Assembly: GCA_963733035.1 (NCBI GenBank) | Contig: CAVTBU010000002.1 | Span: 1-64,000 of the forward strand | Length of the DNA stretch: 64,000 nt | From: Pirellulales bacterium | GTDB lineage: Bacteria; Planctomycetota; Planctomycetia; Pirellulales; PALSA-1355 | Reading direction: 5' to 3' | In this document: positions 10,403 through 20,879 of the stretch, piece by piece | Numbering within the stretch: the first letter of the stretch is position 1 | Layout of the letters: every line of letters begins with the position of its first letter | Made by a program: the position numbers and the translations under genes | Notes under the pieces: generated by a model | Database searches by the model: none | Told to the model about the DNA's origin: nothing | The model's input: only the letters and a program-made list of their open reading frames with translations

Positions 10403-12239
10403 ATGAAACGAAGACAATTGCTGAAAGCAGCCGTAGCGGCTCCCTTTGTCAGCAGCACGGGTTGGCTGCAGGCGGCGACGGGCGCCGAACCGGGCGGCGC
10501 GGACTCGACGTTTTCGCGCGTTCGACCGGGCGATGCCGAGTGGCCATCGCAGGAGAAATGGGAAAGGCTCAGTCAGCTGGTCGAAGGACGGTTGATCAAG
10601 ATTGAGTCCCCCATGACTGTCTGCGGCGAGGTGCCCGACAGCCCCGAGTGCAAAGAGTTCTTCAAGTCGCTGCGAAATCCTTTTTACATCGGAGACAATC
10701 CTGGCCTGACGCAAACCTCCGGTTGGGTCGACGCGTGGACGTCGGAGCCCAGCGTTTACGCAGTGGCGGCCGAAACAGCCGGCGATATTGTCGCGGCGGT
10801 CAATTTCGCCCGGGAAAATAAACTGCGTCTGGTCGTCAAAGGGGGCGGTCATAGCTACCAGGGAACGTCGTGTGCGCCCGATTCGTTACTGATCTGGACG
10901 CGGAAGATGAACGCGATCGAGATGCACGATGCGTTTGTCGGCCAAGGGTGTGAAGGCGCGGCAGGCTCCACAGCCGGCCGTGTCGGTCGGTGCCGGTACC
11001 ATTTGGCTCCAGGCCTACGACGCCGTCACGACGCGCGGCGGCCGATACGTGCAGGGCGGGGGGTGCACGACGGTCGGCGTGGCCGGACTGGTGCAAAGCG
11101 GCGGCTTCGGCAGCTTCTCAAAAGGGTTCGGCACGGCCGCGGCCGGGCTGCTTGAGGCCGAGGTGGTGACGGCCGACGGCGTCGTGCGGATCGCCAATGC
11201 GCGCACGAATCCCGATTTATTTTGGGGCCTCAAGGGGGGCGGCGGTGGAAGCCTCGGAGTCGTCACGCGTCTCACGCTGCGGACGCGCGCGCTGCCGCAA
11301 TCCTTCGGAGCAGCCTCGGCCACAATCAGGGCCTCGTCCGACGATGCCTTCCGCGAACTCATTACCCGCGCTATTCGCCTGTATGCGGACCGACTTCTGA
11401 ACCCACACTGGGGCGAGCAGATGCAGTTCGGGCCCGGCAACCGATTCGAGATCAAGATGGGATTTCAGGGCTTGAACCAACGCCAGGCCGAAGAGGCGTG
11501 GAAGCCGTTGAGCCAGTGGTTGAGCGAGTCGCCACACGACTTCAAGTTCGCGGCGCCACTGAAATTTGTCGCTGGTCCGGCGCGGATTTTCTGGAATGCT
11601 GAAATCCTCAAGAAGTTTGCGCCCGAGGCGGTAGCGATGGATGATCGTCTCGGCGCCCCCGCCGGCAATTTCTTTTGGGCCGGCAATCGCGGCGAGGCGG
11701 GGCAAGTCCTCTACGGCTATCGCTCCGCCTGGCTGCCCGTCTCCTTGTTGGAGGAAAGCCGGCAACCGCGTCTGGTCGATGCGCTATTCAAGAGCACGCG
11801 GCACTCGCGCATGTCGCTGCATTTCAACAAAGGGCTGGCCGGGGCTCCCGCTGAAGAGATTACGGCCGCCAAGGACACGGCGACGAATCCCATCGTGTTG
11901 GACGCGTTTGCGCTGGCCATCTGTGCAGGGGGCGGACCGCCTGCATTCGCGGGAATTAAGGGGCACGAACCGAATACGACCGTTGCCCACTACGTTGCCG
12001 CGGCGGTCAGTCGATCGATGGACGAGCTGCTTAAAGTCGTCGACAAACCGGGCTCCTACGTCTCGGAAAGCGACTATTTCGAATCCGATTGGCCACAAGC
12101 GTTCTGGGGGTCAAACTATGCCCGGCTGGCCGCCGTGAAGAAGAAGTACGATCCCGAGGGGCTATTCTTTGTCCATCATGGAGTCGGCAGCGAAACTTGG
12201 AGCGCCGATGGATTCAGCCGGATCAACTCCGCCAGGTAA
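10403..12239 (+). CDS. Tat-exported FAD-linked oxidase (FAD_binding_4 + berberine-like), frameshifted near 10960
   Basis: MKRRQLLK signal, VVKGGGHSY, GGGCTTVGVAG, FWGSNYARLAAVKKKYDP. Confidence 0.85.
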
Positions 12240-12687
12240 ATCCGCCCGTCGCCTGAGACGTTTCATCGCCTGGAGGTGGACGATGGGCCCTATCTCGAAT
12301 GCGGCAGCGCCGGCTGCTTGCCAGGATGCGACCGGCTCTGCGGCGGCATGGCGGATGGGAGGTCGATGATTTGACCCCGTGTTCTTCGGTTTGGTTTGGC
12401 CTAGTTTAGAAGCGCTAAGCGTTGGGGATGCACAAGGAGGGCGTGTCATGGGGCGCCGAGCGTTCGGTTGCATTCTGCCCAATTGCACCACTGATTCAGG
12501 ATAGCCGGCTCGGCACATTGCTGAATCAAGCAGTGGAAAAAAACGTTCGTTTTTCGGTGTTCGTCGCCGCAAGTCGTGTTATCTACAAATCTTCGGGCAA
12601 CGCGCCCTGAGAACTCATCTCGGTATTCAAAGTCCCGCATCGCCGTCAAATCGGCGGTTTTCGATTCTGTAGCACCTGGCAGCCCCG

Positions 12688-12897
12688 CTACCTCGACCAG
12701 GACCGACGCGCTGCGGGGTGCGCCGTCAGCCAAGCGTCAGGAAGTAGCGCCGCAGCCGCGGGCGGCGTATGTCCTGACAACTGGACGAGCAGGTCGCGCA
12801 CGTAAGCAAACGGCTCGACCTGATTCGCCTTAGCACTGGCCAGGAGGCTGTGGAGAACCGCCGCAACGGTGCCCCCATTGTCGCTCCCCAGGAACAA
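12688..12897 (-). pseudogene. IS66 TnpC C-terminal remnant
   Basis: LFLGSDNGGTVAAVLHSLLASAKANQVEPFAYVRDLL..LLP. Confidence 0.8.
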
Positions 12898-12899
12898 GT

Positions 12900-13400
12900 A
12901 CCGAAGACTCGGCCCGGTTCCGACGTTGACGCTTAACCATCGTTCGCGCTCCCAAGGTAGGGGATCGAAAACCTCAGGCTAGCAGGTGCGTCAAGATGTG
13001 GTTCGTGTGACGGTTACCCATGTCGATTGCCGGGCATTCTCGGGTGCACTCGTCGAGGATCGTCAACACGCGCGCGGCCGGAGTATCTTGCCTTCGGGCC
13101 AACACGAAGTCGTAGCTCTGAACATAGTCTCGATGGACAGTCCGAAGCCGAACGCACGATCCGCCATTCAGCCTTCGCCGTCAGTGTTTTGGCTGCCGCT
13201 TCGGTAGTTTGGCACCCTCCAGTCGCCACGGGCGTTTTTATCGGCTTATTGTTCACTTGCCGCTGCTCCTGCTGAAGCAGCGGCGTGACTTGACGAGACC
13301 GAAAGCGCGACGCTCCGACGCTTGCTCACGCCCTACGACCCTGCGGACAGACTCGACTACCTTACGCCGTTTTGTTGGTCTCGGAAGTTTCAAAGAACCC
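12900..13400 (-). pseudogene. degraded IS3-family OrfB remnant (limits approximate)
   Basis: Minus-strand reading across stops and shifts gives SCVRLR..YDFV..VLTILDECTREC. Confidence 0.6.
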
Positions 13401-13476
13401 AGCACCTAGCTGGTGTGGCGTAGATGACGATTAGTTCCGCTCTTGGCACGACGGTTTCGCTCGCGCGGCTGCGTGC

Positions 13477-14076
13477 TCACTGCCCTTTTGTCAATTCGGT
13501 GAGCACCCAGTCTTCGTGGTCTATTGTTCCTTCTACGAGGATTTCGTAGCCCCTGGGGTACCGCCCCTCGTAGCTTCTCCGCAATGCCGAGTGTCGGTAG
13601 ATTAGATTAGTGGCGGCCGCTTTTCTGAAACCCAGTTCTGCAAGCTCTTTTTCCGAGAGCAGAGGCACCTCCCGCCAGGATATTACCAAGACTGAGATTC
13701 CAAAGAGGTTCAGGGCAGCCTCTAGGAGGTGCTGGCTGCAGTCGAGGATGTCTGGGTGGAGCACCATCCGCTCGAGCACCACCACGTCATCAATGTGGGC
13801 ATCGGCCTGGAACTCATCTCGCAAGGTTCCGTGTCGGTCCATCAAGTGGGCGTGGATGGCTTCGAGGTCTCCCGACAACTCGTCACACACGACGTAGGCG
13901 TTCTGTCCGTCTAGTTCAATTTCAGACCACAGAATTTGCTGGCATTCGATTCGTCCGAGCAGAAACTCCTCGGCCCCTGACTCGTCATATTCCAAAACGT
14001 GTATGCAGACATCTCGGATGTAATCATCGCTCGAAGTCCTGGCAATCGAAGCAGCGAATTTACAGCAAAGGTGCAT
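13477..14076 (-). CDS. hypothetical acidic protein
   Basis: Clean 199-aa ORF with GAGG upstream; no family recognised. Confidence 0.7.
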   Translation of the reverse strand: MHLCCKFAASIARTSSDDYIRDVCIHVLEYDESGAEEFLLGRIECQQILWSEIELDGQNAYVVCDELSGDLEAIHAHLMDRHGTLRDEFQADAHIDDVVVLERMVLHPDILDCSQHLLEAALNLFGISVLVISWREVPLLSEKELAELGFRKAAATNLIYRHSALRRSYEGRYPRGYEILVEGTIDHEDWVLTELTKGQ

Positions 14077-14106
14077 GGTGACCTCGTATTTGGAAATGGA
14101 GGATTT

Positions 14107-14412
14107 TCAACCGTTTGGGTCGCTGAAATGATCGACCTCGTCCCAGGGAGCGGGACTCTGTCGACCGGACGATTTTTCGATCGCTCGCTCGAGAGCTGCG
14201 GCAAATCGCAAAATCCGGTGATAGCTTCTCCGAATCATTGCATCTCCAATAAGCACGCTCTCAACTTGTGCTCTGCGCATGACTTCCTCTTGGCGCGAGA
14301 TTCGTTCAACCGCCTTCACTAAGGGTTTGGTCATTTTGGCAATTTGCTCCGGCGAGTACGGATGTCGAACATTCCTTCCCATTTTGAAACTCCTGAGTTT
14401 ATTGGAAAGCAT
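14107..14412 (-). CDS. hypothetical protein
   Basis: Tight co-directional spacing with both neighbours. Confidence 0.55.
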   Translation of the reverse strand: MLSNKLRSFKMGRNVRHPYSPEQIAKMTKPLVKAVERISRQEEVMRRAQVESVLIGDAMIRRSYHRILRFAAALERAIEKSSGRQSPAPWDEVDHFSDPNG

Positions 14413-14460
14413 TCATCTCGAGTTCAGTCATGCAGCACACTTGCGGGCCATGCGGTACGC

Positions 14461-14892
14461 CTACGGTGATCGCGATCGGTACCGTAAATCCTGACATTGC
14501 CTGCACAGGAAATAGGATCCTCGGAGGTAGAGCTTCGCGGCACGCCGCGAACAGCAAGCGCCAGCATTCTGTCCGGGACATCTGAACCAATGTCGCACGC
14601 CTCCGAAATGAGGCCGGCTATACAGAATACGGATCGATGCTTGAATCACGAGGTTGTTTTCGAGCGCGTAATTCAGTCGGAGAGTCAGATTGCCGTGGAT
14701 GTCGAGTGTCGTTGCGCACCAAATGCTGGCTAATAATTCGTCAAACCAGGGACTCTTCCAGCGAAGCAGTCCGCGCCAACCCGGAATCAGTATCCGGTCT
14801 CTGGCGAGTTGATTCACGTCGAGACTCAGACAGTCATCCGTCGACGGTCGACGGACTCTTTCAGGTCGCTTTCCGCTGCCGGGGCCACCCAT
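14461..14892 (-). CDS. Cys-rich hypothetical protein of the type seen in phage/ICE-like elements
   Basis: MGGPGSG..FGGVRHWFRCP..C.RRAAKLY..FLCRQCQDLRY.S. Confidence 0.7.
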   Translation of the reverse strand: MGGPGSGKRPERVRRPSTDDCLSLDVNQLARDRILIPGWRGLLRWKSPWFDELLASIWCATTLDIHGNLTLRLNYALENNLVIQASIRILYSRPHFGGVRHWFRCPGQNAGACCSRRAAKLYLRGSYFLCRQCQDLRYRSRSP

Positions 14893-15146
14893 GGTCTTGT
14901 TTCTCCTTTTTATGCGGAATCGTTTGGGTTTAAATGCGCGACCGTCCCTTGGCGGGCGTTCATTGGGTCTAAAGAGGAGCCCTGCCGTGCCGCGTCCAGC
15001 AAAAGAACTAGCCAATCGCGGTCATTCGACGAGAGCGCTTGCAACTTTTCGGCTAGCGTCATGAGTGCCTTCAGAACGCCGGCGATCTGCGGATGCGAAG
15101 CTCCGCCAGATTGGCGAAGCTCGATCTCTTCAGCTTTCGCACCGCT

Positions 15147-15208
15147 GGTGCAAGCCGCGGTGCAAGCGGGGAAACTGGTTGAGGTAAGTCCTCTAGCAGC
15201 GGGACTTA
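15147..15208. promoter_or_regulatory. putative integrase arm-type repeats and dyad beside att site
   Basis: GGTGCAAGC twice with 12-bp period (15147, 15159); TAAGTCC-N10-GGACTTA dyad (15185-15208). Confidence 0.5.
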
Positions 15209-15223
15209 GGACTTGTGACTCGC

Positions 15224-15269
15224 AGCCTGTCACGCTAGAGGCCGAGGGTTCAAGTCCCTTCACCCTCGC
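15224..15269 (+). other. 3' fragment of tRNA-Asp(GTC); probable att scar at right end of an island
   Basis: agc-CTGTCAC-gctag anticodon arm, GAGGG-TTCAAGT-CCCTT T arm, CACCCTCG acceptor 3' strand; no D arm or 5' acceptor strand upstream. Confidence 0.8.
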
Positions 15270-15513
15270 TGATTCTGAAGTGTGCGGCACGGCGACGGCT
15301 GTTTTGGCTGTCGCCGCGTGTGTTGACACCGGTCCCCCCAGTTGGTTGACCACAGACCGCTGCTCCACGGTCGTTCCCCTCGAGAGGTCCGCTCGCCCGC
15401 GAAGTTATCTTCGCCCAGTCGTCCGCCACGGTTGGATCAACATGCGCGTACCGCGCGCAAGGAACCTCGTGCGGTTATAATACTGGTGAACACCAGGAGA
15501 GCTCGGGCCGGAC

Positions 15514-15858
15514 TTGCTGCTTGGCGGTGTGAATCTGGTCGAGCATCTGGAGGGCGGTCAGATGCACATGACATCCGTGACGATCGATTCTATTCTGCCG
15601 CGACTAACTTCTCATGGCCGCGCGGCGCTGGGGGCGGCCGACATCGTGATTGCCGTCGACAACGGCAGCCAACGCGAGTTCACCGTTTTCGGCACGCCCG
15701 CGCTGGAAAGCACCAGCAGCCTAAAAAAGCTTTCGGCCATGCAGGTAGCGCGCGTGCTGTTTGATTACGACAGCCAACAACTCGCCGAGTTGACCGCCGT
15801 CGTCCGCGGCATAAAGGGCCTTGATGCGCGACCCACCGGAAAGGCGGCAACGAAGTGA
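15514..15858 (+). CDS. hypothetical protein (start may be 15562)
   Basis: Protein-like ORF; no family recognised. Confidence 0.55.
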   Translation: MLLGGVNLVEHLEGGQMHMTSVTIDSILPRLTSHGRAALGAADIVIAVDNGSQREFTVFGTPALESTSSLKKLSAMQVARVLFDYDSQQLAELTAVVRGIKGLDARPTGKAATK

Positions 15859-15954
15859 CACGATGCACGTCGTATCCATTCTTGGGCCGCGGCTAGGGAA
15901 GTCGCCAGAATCGAGGTCCCAACTTCGCCGGGGCATTTCAAACACAGGGATGCA

Positions 15955-16788
15955 ATGTCGCTCATTCGCCCACCACATGCCAGTCTATGCCCGTTCGTAG
16001 AAACGCTTTGGGCGAGCGAGGTTCCAACTTCATTTCCAACCAGCGGGGCGGATCGCGAGCGGAACCTGCCGACCGGCCTGATGCATCTGGCCGTGCGGCT
16101 TGCTGCTGAGCCTGTGCGACTGTTCGATGATGCGGACGACCACGCCGGTCATGCGTTGGGATTTGCGGTTGTCTGCGGTGCTCGCGATACCGCCTACATT
16201 CGCGATCGAACAGAGTTTGCGCGGACGGTGGGCGTCCAGTTACGCCCCGGCGCCGCCGAGGCGCTGTTCGGAGCGACCGCCGCGGAACTCGCGGGTCGCC
16301 ATACCCCGCTCGAAGACCTGTGGGGCCGGTCGGCAGCTCGACTGCACGCGCAGTTGTTGGAGGCTCGATCGCTTGAAGGGCGATTGAACATCCTCGAAAG
16401 CCTTTTGATCGAACGTCTCACATGCGCGCGAGCGTTGCACCCGGCAGTCGCTCAGGCCCTCAACGCATTTGCCACTGGCGCCGATATTGGGAAAGTAGCC
16501 AAGTCGTCGGGCTATAGTCATCGGCGTTTTCTTACCCTGTTTCAACGCGAAGTAGGCCTAACGCCGAAACGCTATTGCCGGGTAAGGCGATTTCAGCGAG
16601 CAACGCGGCGCCTGGCCGCGGCTCCAACAATGTCGTTGGCTTCTTTGGCTGTCGAGGCCGGCTATAGCGACCAGCCGCATTTCACTCGTGAGTTCCGGCA
16701 GATCGCCGGAATTACGCCGACCGAATATCGTGCCGCGGGGCCGATATCGACAAACCATGTTCCGATCGCCGCCCGCCGTGGACGGTAG
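15955..16788 (+). CDS. AraC-family transcriptional regulator
   Basis: FQREVGLTPKRYCRVRRF..LAVEAGYSDQPHFTREFRQIAGITP. Confidence 0.92.
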   Translation: MSLIRPPHASLCPFVETLWASEVPTSFPTSGADRERNLPTGLMHLAVRLAAEPVRLFDDADDHAGHALGFAVVCGARDTAYIRDRTEFARTVGVQLRPGAAEALFGATAAELAGRHTPLEDLWGRSAARLHAQLLEARSLEGRLNILESLLIERLTCARALHPAVAQALNAFATGADIGKVAKSSGYSHRRFLTLFQREVGLTPKRYCRVRRFQRATRRLAAAPTMSLASLAVEAGYSDQPHFTREFRQIAGITPTEYRAAGPISTNHVPIAARRGR

Positions 16789-16865
16789 GTTCAATTTCAT
16801 TCAAGACTCAACCCGTTCGTCGCGGGTACATTCAGGCGTATTGACTCGCCACCCGGAGAAATCCC

Positions 16866-17306
16866 ATGAGCATTCACGAGCTTTTTGCGTACCTGATCGT
16901 CGACGGAGCGGCCGCAGCCATTGAATTCTACCAGCATGCATTCGGTGCCAAGGAAAAGTTCCGGCTCACGGAGCCGAGCGGCCGGATCGGCCATGCCGAA
17001 TTGACGTTCGGCGATGCTACGCTAATGCTGGCCGACGCATTCCCCGAATCAGGCTTACGCGACCCGAAGTCGATCGGCGGCACATCGGTTTCGATTCACC
17101 TGCACGTCGACGACGCAGACGAGGTGATCAAGGCCGCCATCACGCATGGAGCGACCGTCGAGCGCGAGCCCCAAGATCACTTCTACGGCGAGCGCTCCGG
17201 TTCGGTATTCGATCCGTTTGGCCACCGTTGGTTGATCGGCCACCACATCGAAGACGTCTCTCCCGCGGAGATGCAGCGACGATACGAGGACTTGTTCACG
17301 AAGTGA
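16866..17306 (+). CDS. VOC (PhnB-like glyoxalase) protein
   Basis: AAAAIEFYQHAFGA..IGHAEL..FYGERSGSVFDPFGHRW. Confidence 0.92.
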   Translation: MSIHELFAYLIVDGAAAAIEFYQHAFGAKEKFRLTEPSGRIGHAELTFGDATLMLADAFPESGLRDPKSIGGTSVSIHLHVDDADEVIKAAITHGATVEREPQDHFYGERSGSVFDPFGHRWLIGHHIEDVSPAEMQRRYEDLFTK

Positions 17307-17396
17307 CCTGGGCTCGTTTCCCCAGACGGCTCGTGGCAGCAACAACCCTTGGCATGCGCGCGTGTTCGCGGCCCCGAGGCGCCCTGAGCACTGGTT

Positions 17397-18131
17397 CTAC
17401 TTCGCAAACCTGGCAAACGGATCGTCATTTGCGTTGCGATGCCACTGGTACTCGGTGGCGTTGGCGATCCGCTCGGCGATTTCACTGCCGAACAACCGCT
17501 CGACAACATGCAGCGACATGTCGATGCCTGCCGAAACGCCGGACGACGTGACCACGTTTCCGTCGTCGACCCACCGGGCCTGCTTCACCCACTCGACGTT
17601 CGCCGCCCGTGACGTGGCAAGCCTGAAGTACTGCTTGTTCGAAGTGGCTCGCCGGCCGTCCAGCAGCCCGGCCTGGGCCAGAATCGACGAACCCGAGCAA
17701 ACCGACATTACGATTTCCGCCGACTTCGCTCGTGCGCGGAGCCAGTCGAGCAATGCTTCGTTTTTCAATTCGGCCAGCGTGCCGAAACCACCCGGCACGA
17801 GAATCAAGTCGAGCGGCGGACAGTCGTCGAAACCAAAGTCGGCCAGGCCTTTCAGCCCCTGCGCGCTTGGCACGGGCCCCGCCTGCTGGGCGACCGCCAC
17901 GACTTTGACTCGTCCCGCCAGATTGCCAAAGATTTCCGCCGGCCCGTAAGCGTCGAGCAATTCGAATCGCGGATAGAGCACAATGCCGAGCGTGCGCGCC
18001 GGCTTGTCCGCGGACTTGGACGCGCCCGCATCGGCGGTCGGGCTGTCGTCGGCCACGGCGCATCGGCCAGCCACAAACAACATGCATGCCAGCACGAGAA
18101 CGGTCGACCGCGTCGAGTAACGGCGTTTCAT
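17397..18131 (-). CDS. secreted DJ-1/PfpI-family protein
   Basis: Signal peptide; LVPGGFG, SVCSGS, TSSGVSAGIDM. Confidence 0.9.
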   Translation of the reverse strand: MKRRYSTRSTVLVLACMLFVAGRCAVADDSPTADAGASKSADKPARTLGIVLYPRFELLDAYGPAEIFGNLAGRVKVVAVAQQAGPVPSAQGLKGLADFGFDDCPPLDLILVPGGFGTLAELKNEALLDWLRARAKSAEIVMSVCSGSSILAQAGLLDGRRATSNKQYFRLATSRAANVEWVKQARWVDDGNVVTSSGVSAGIDMSLHVVERLFGSEIAERIANATEYQWHRNANDDPFARFAK

Positions 18132-18350
18132 GACAATCTCTCCGCAAGGTTTTTGGACACAGAACGGAGGGGGGCGGCAGCTCGCGAGGCAGTGGCAAGT
18201 ATAACGACAGTTCTCTGGTCAACGACAGCCGGATATACTGAATTTGCGGCCCCGGCATGCTCCAACATGTTCTATTCTTGTGGGGAGTTTGCCGCCGGGC
18301 AGCCAATCTCTACCAGGTAAGATCACGAATCGCGCCAACCGGAGTTTTCG

Positions 18351-19274
18351 ATGTATTGCCAACCGTTGTCCAGGATCACGATGATCGCTTTGTGTTGCCT
18401 TGCGGCCGCGGGCCAGTCGGGCCACGCTGACGAAGCGGCCGACCGCACGCAAGCGGCGCAAGCCATCCGCGAGGCTTCGCGGCAGTACACCGACGCCCTG
18501 AAACGCGGTGATGCGGCGGCCATGCTCGAAATGTGGGCCGAGGGGGGCGACATCGTCGACGAGTTCGGCAATTCCACTCCGGCCCAGGACGTCGTCCAGC
18601 GCGAGACTGCCGCCCGCTCTGCCGCGGTCAATGTCGACCCCACGGCGAAAATCGAGGTAGTCGACAACGCATTGCGTTTCATCACGCCCGACGTGGCGGT
18701 CGAAGATGGCAAGGTCGAAGTCAAACGCAACGGGATCGAGAGCTCGCCCCTGCACGGTCGCTTCACGGCTATCTGGGTGAAGCAGGGAGACAACTGGCGG
18801 TTGGCCAGCTTGCGCGAGATACATTTGGTCGCGCCACCCACGAACGATCTCGAGGCTCTCGATTGGCTGGTCGGCGAGTGGAAAGGGGAGGCCGGGGAGG
18901 CGACCTTTCAAATCTCGGCTAAGTGGAACGACAAACACACCTACCTGATCCGCGAACTAGTTGTCACGCACGGCGGCAAGACCGTGCTCAACGGGCAGCA
19001 ACGCATTGGCATCGACCCGCTCGACGGACAGATCAAGAGTTGGATGTACGACGCCGACGGCGGACACGGTGAAGGCGTTTGGACCCGCCACGGCAATAGC
19101 TGGGTCGTGCAGGCCACGGGCGTGAGCCCCGACGGACACCGCACGACGGGAACGAACATCTACCAACCCAGTGGAGCGAATCGCTTCACCTGGAAATCGA
19201 TCGGCGCAACGGCCGACGGACATAGCGTTCCCGATTTCGAGATGACGCTCGATCGCGTCGAAAGCAGCAAGTAA
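18351..19274 (+). CDS. secreted SgcJ/DUF4440 (NTF2-like) two-domain protein
   Basis: LRFITPDVAVEDG..WVKQGDNWRLASLRE..LDWLVGEW..IKSWMYDADGGHGEGVW. Confidence 0.8.
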   Translation: MYCQPLSRITMIALCCLAAAGQSGHADEAADRTQAAQAIREASRQYTDALKRGDAAAMLEMWAEGGDIVDEFGNSTPAQDVVQRETAARSAAVNVDPTAKIEVVDNALRFITPDVAVEDGKVEVKRNGIESSPLHGRFTAIWVKQGDNWRLASLREIHLVAPPTNDLEALDWLVGEWKGEAGEATFQISAKWNDKHTYLIRELVVTHGGKTVLNGQQRIGIDPLDGQIKSWMYDADGGHGEGVWTRHGNSWVVQATGVSPDGHRTTGTNIYQPSGANRFTWKSIGATADGHSVPDFEMTLDRVESSK

Positions 19275-19339
19275 CAAATACCTTCATCGAACAACCATTC
19301 CAGAGGGCGGCCCGGGCCGCCCGGCGGGAGACTACAATC

Positions 19340-20275
19340 ATGCCGCGGATCATGACTTTTGTGCTACTTGCATTGTCGCTTTCCGTTGCGTCGAGTTGCG
19401 TGCGAGCCGAATCCCCCAAGGAACCCGCCAGCGCGGACGCCCCCAAATCGCAAACAACGAAAGCCGCGACTCCACCCACGCCGCGGCCGGAGGCCGCCGA
19501 AGCGAAGCCCGAAACGGTGCAAATCGCGCAAAAGACGCCCACGGCACTTGTGGCCGAATCGAGCCCGCCGACCAGCGAGGTGGCGGCCGCTGAAGCTCCC
19601 ACGTCGCAATCTCAGCCGGCCCCCTCCTCAAGCGAGGCGGCCGCCGAAGAGAAGCTGCCCACGAAGCAGGAAATTCTCAACAGCCCACAATGGCGGCGGG
19701 CCATGTTCGAATTCAACGAGTGGCTTACGGCCCAGCCAATTTATACGCCCGAGCAGGTCAAGCAAATCAAGGACGGGTTTAATCACCGCGTGGCGGCGAT
19801 GGACGCCAAGGAACTGGTCTACATGTTGGCCGACATGGAAGCCAAATTTCAAGTGATGGATACGCCCCAGGCCAAGGAGGCCCGCGCGTGGATGGCTCAA
19901 TACTTGTCGGTGATGTCCGACAAAAAGCGGGCCGAGGTGCTCAAGAACGTACCGAACATCGCCACCATGACCGCGGCGCAATTGAATGCCGAGATCCAAA
20001 AGATCATTGCCAAGCGGCAAACCATGGACAGTGAGCAGGAGGCGTTTCAGCGCGGCCAGGCTCAACAAGTGGCCAATCAATTACAGACCGATCGCATCAA
20101 CCAGCGGAACTACGTCCGCGATTGGAACACCGGGCCGGTTTCCTATTCGCCTTATCGCAATGGCGGATCCAACGTCAACCAGCGGCTGAACAACACGCCC
20201 ACCGGTGCCGGCATGGGCTTCTACGTCGGCCCCCTGGGCGGCGTCGGGATGACGTTCGCGCCCAGCAGCTGGTAG
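19340..20275 (+). CDS. secreted hypothetical protein (Pro/Ala linker + helical domain)
   Basis: Signal peptide, RBS, typical codon usage. Confidence 0.75.
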   Translation: MPRIMTFVLLALSLSVASSCVRAESPKEPASADAPKSQTTKAATPPTPRPEAAEAKPETVQIAQKTPTALVAESSPPTSEVAAAEAPTSQSQPAPSSSEAAAEEKLPTKQEILNSPQWRRAMFEFNEWLTAQPIYTPEQVKQIKDGFNHRVAAMDAKELVYMLADMEAKFQVMDTPQAKEARAWMAQYLSVMSDKKRAEVLKNVPNIATMTAAQLNAEIQKIIAKRQTMDSEQEAFQRGQAQQVANQLQTDRINQRNYVRDWNTGPVSYSPYRNGGSNVNQRLNNTPTGAGMGFYVGPLGGVGMTFAPSSW

Positions 20276-20356
20276 GCATTTCGCTGGCTGGCGGGTGTTG
20301 GTCCTCGCAGGCTTGCGAGCGCGCGTTTCTCATTCGCCCCGCTCGGCGGAATTCGC

Positions 20357-20411
20357 TTGACTCCTTACGGCAAATGCCGTAACATGAGCCCTTGTACGGC
20401 AGATGCCGTAA
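20357..20411 (+). promoter_or_regulatory. sigma70-type promoter with two BlaI-type operator dyads
   Basis: TTGACT-17-TAACAT; TTACGGCAAATGCCGTAA (20365-20382) and GTACGGCAGATGCCGTAA (20394-20411). Confidence 0.8.
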
Positions 20412-20438
20412 ACATGGCGTCAACGGAGTCGCTCGATC

Positions 20439-20828
20439 ATGGCCAAGGAATTGCCTTCCCTGGGAGAACTTGAACTACAAGTGCTACGCGTCGTGTGGCA
20501 CGAGCAGCCGTGCACCGAACGTGCCGTTTGGGAGCAAATTGCCGCCGAGCGAGACGTCGGCCGCACCACCGTTCTCAAAACACTGCAGCGGTTGGAAGCC
20601 AAGGGGCTGCTCAAGCGCCAGGCGGGCGAAGGTCCGGTCCGCTATCGAGCCGCGGTGACCGAGGGCCGGGTCCTGCCGGACGTCGTGCGGCGGTTCGTCC
20701 AGGGCACGCTCGGCGGATCGCTTGAACCCCTGGTGCATTACCTGGCCGATAGTGAAAAACTCTCAGCAAAAGACCTGGCGGCCCTCCAAGCAATTGTGCG
20801 GAAGATGGCCGCGGATGATAAAACATAA
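20439..20828 (+). CDS. BlaI/MecI/CopY-family repressor
   Basis: LGELELQVLRVVW..TTVLKTLQRLEAKGLL..GGSLEPLVHYL. Confidence 0.92.
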   Translation: MAKELPSLGELELQVLRVVWHEQPCTERAVWEQIAAERDVGRTTVLKTLQRLEAKGLLKRQAGEGPVRYRAAVTEGRVLPDVVRRFVQGTLGGSLEPLVHYLADSEKLSAKDLAALQAIVRKMAADDKT

Positions 20829-20879
20829 GCGTTCGCCTGTCATTCAAAACTGCCGTTCGGCAAAGGCTGGAGTCGCGTC

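Noticed and set aside
15195..15270. Possible intact tRNA-Asp
   Set aside because: No D arm or 5' acceptor strand, and the anticodon stem pairs only 3 bp
14910..15368. 152-aa ORF across the att region
   Set aside because: Antisense reading of the tRNA fragment and arm repeats (GLEPSASSVTG, ACTAACT); unlikely to be a real gene in full
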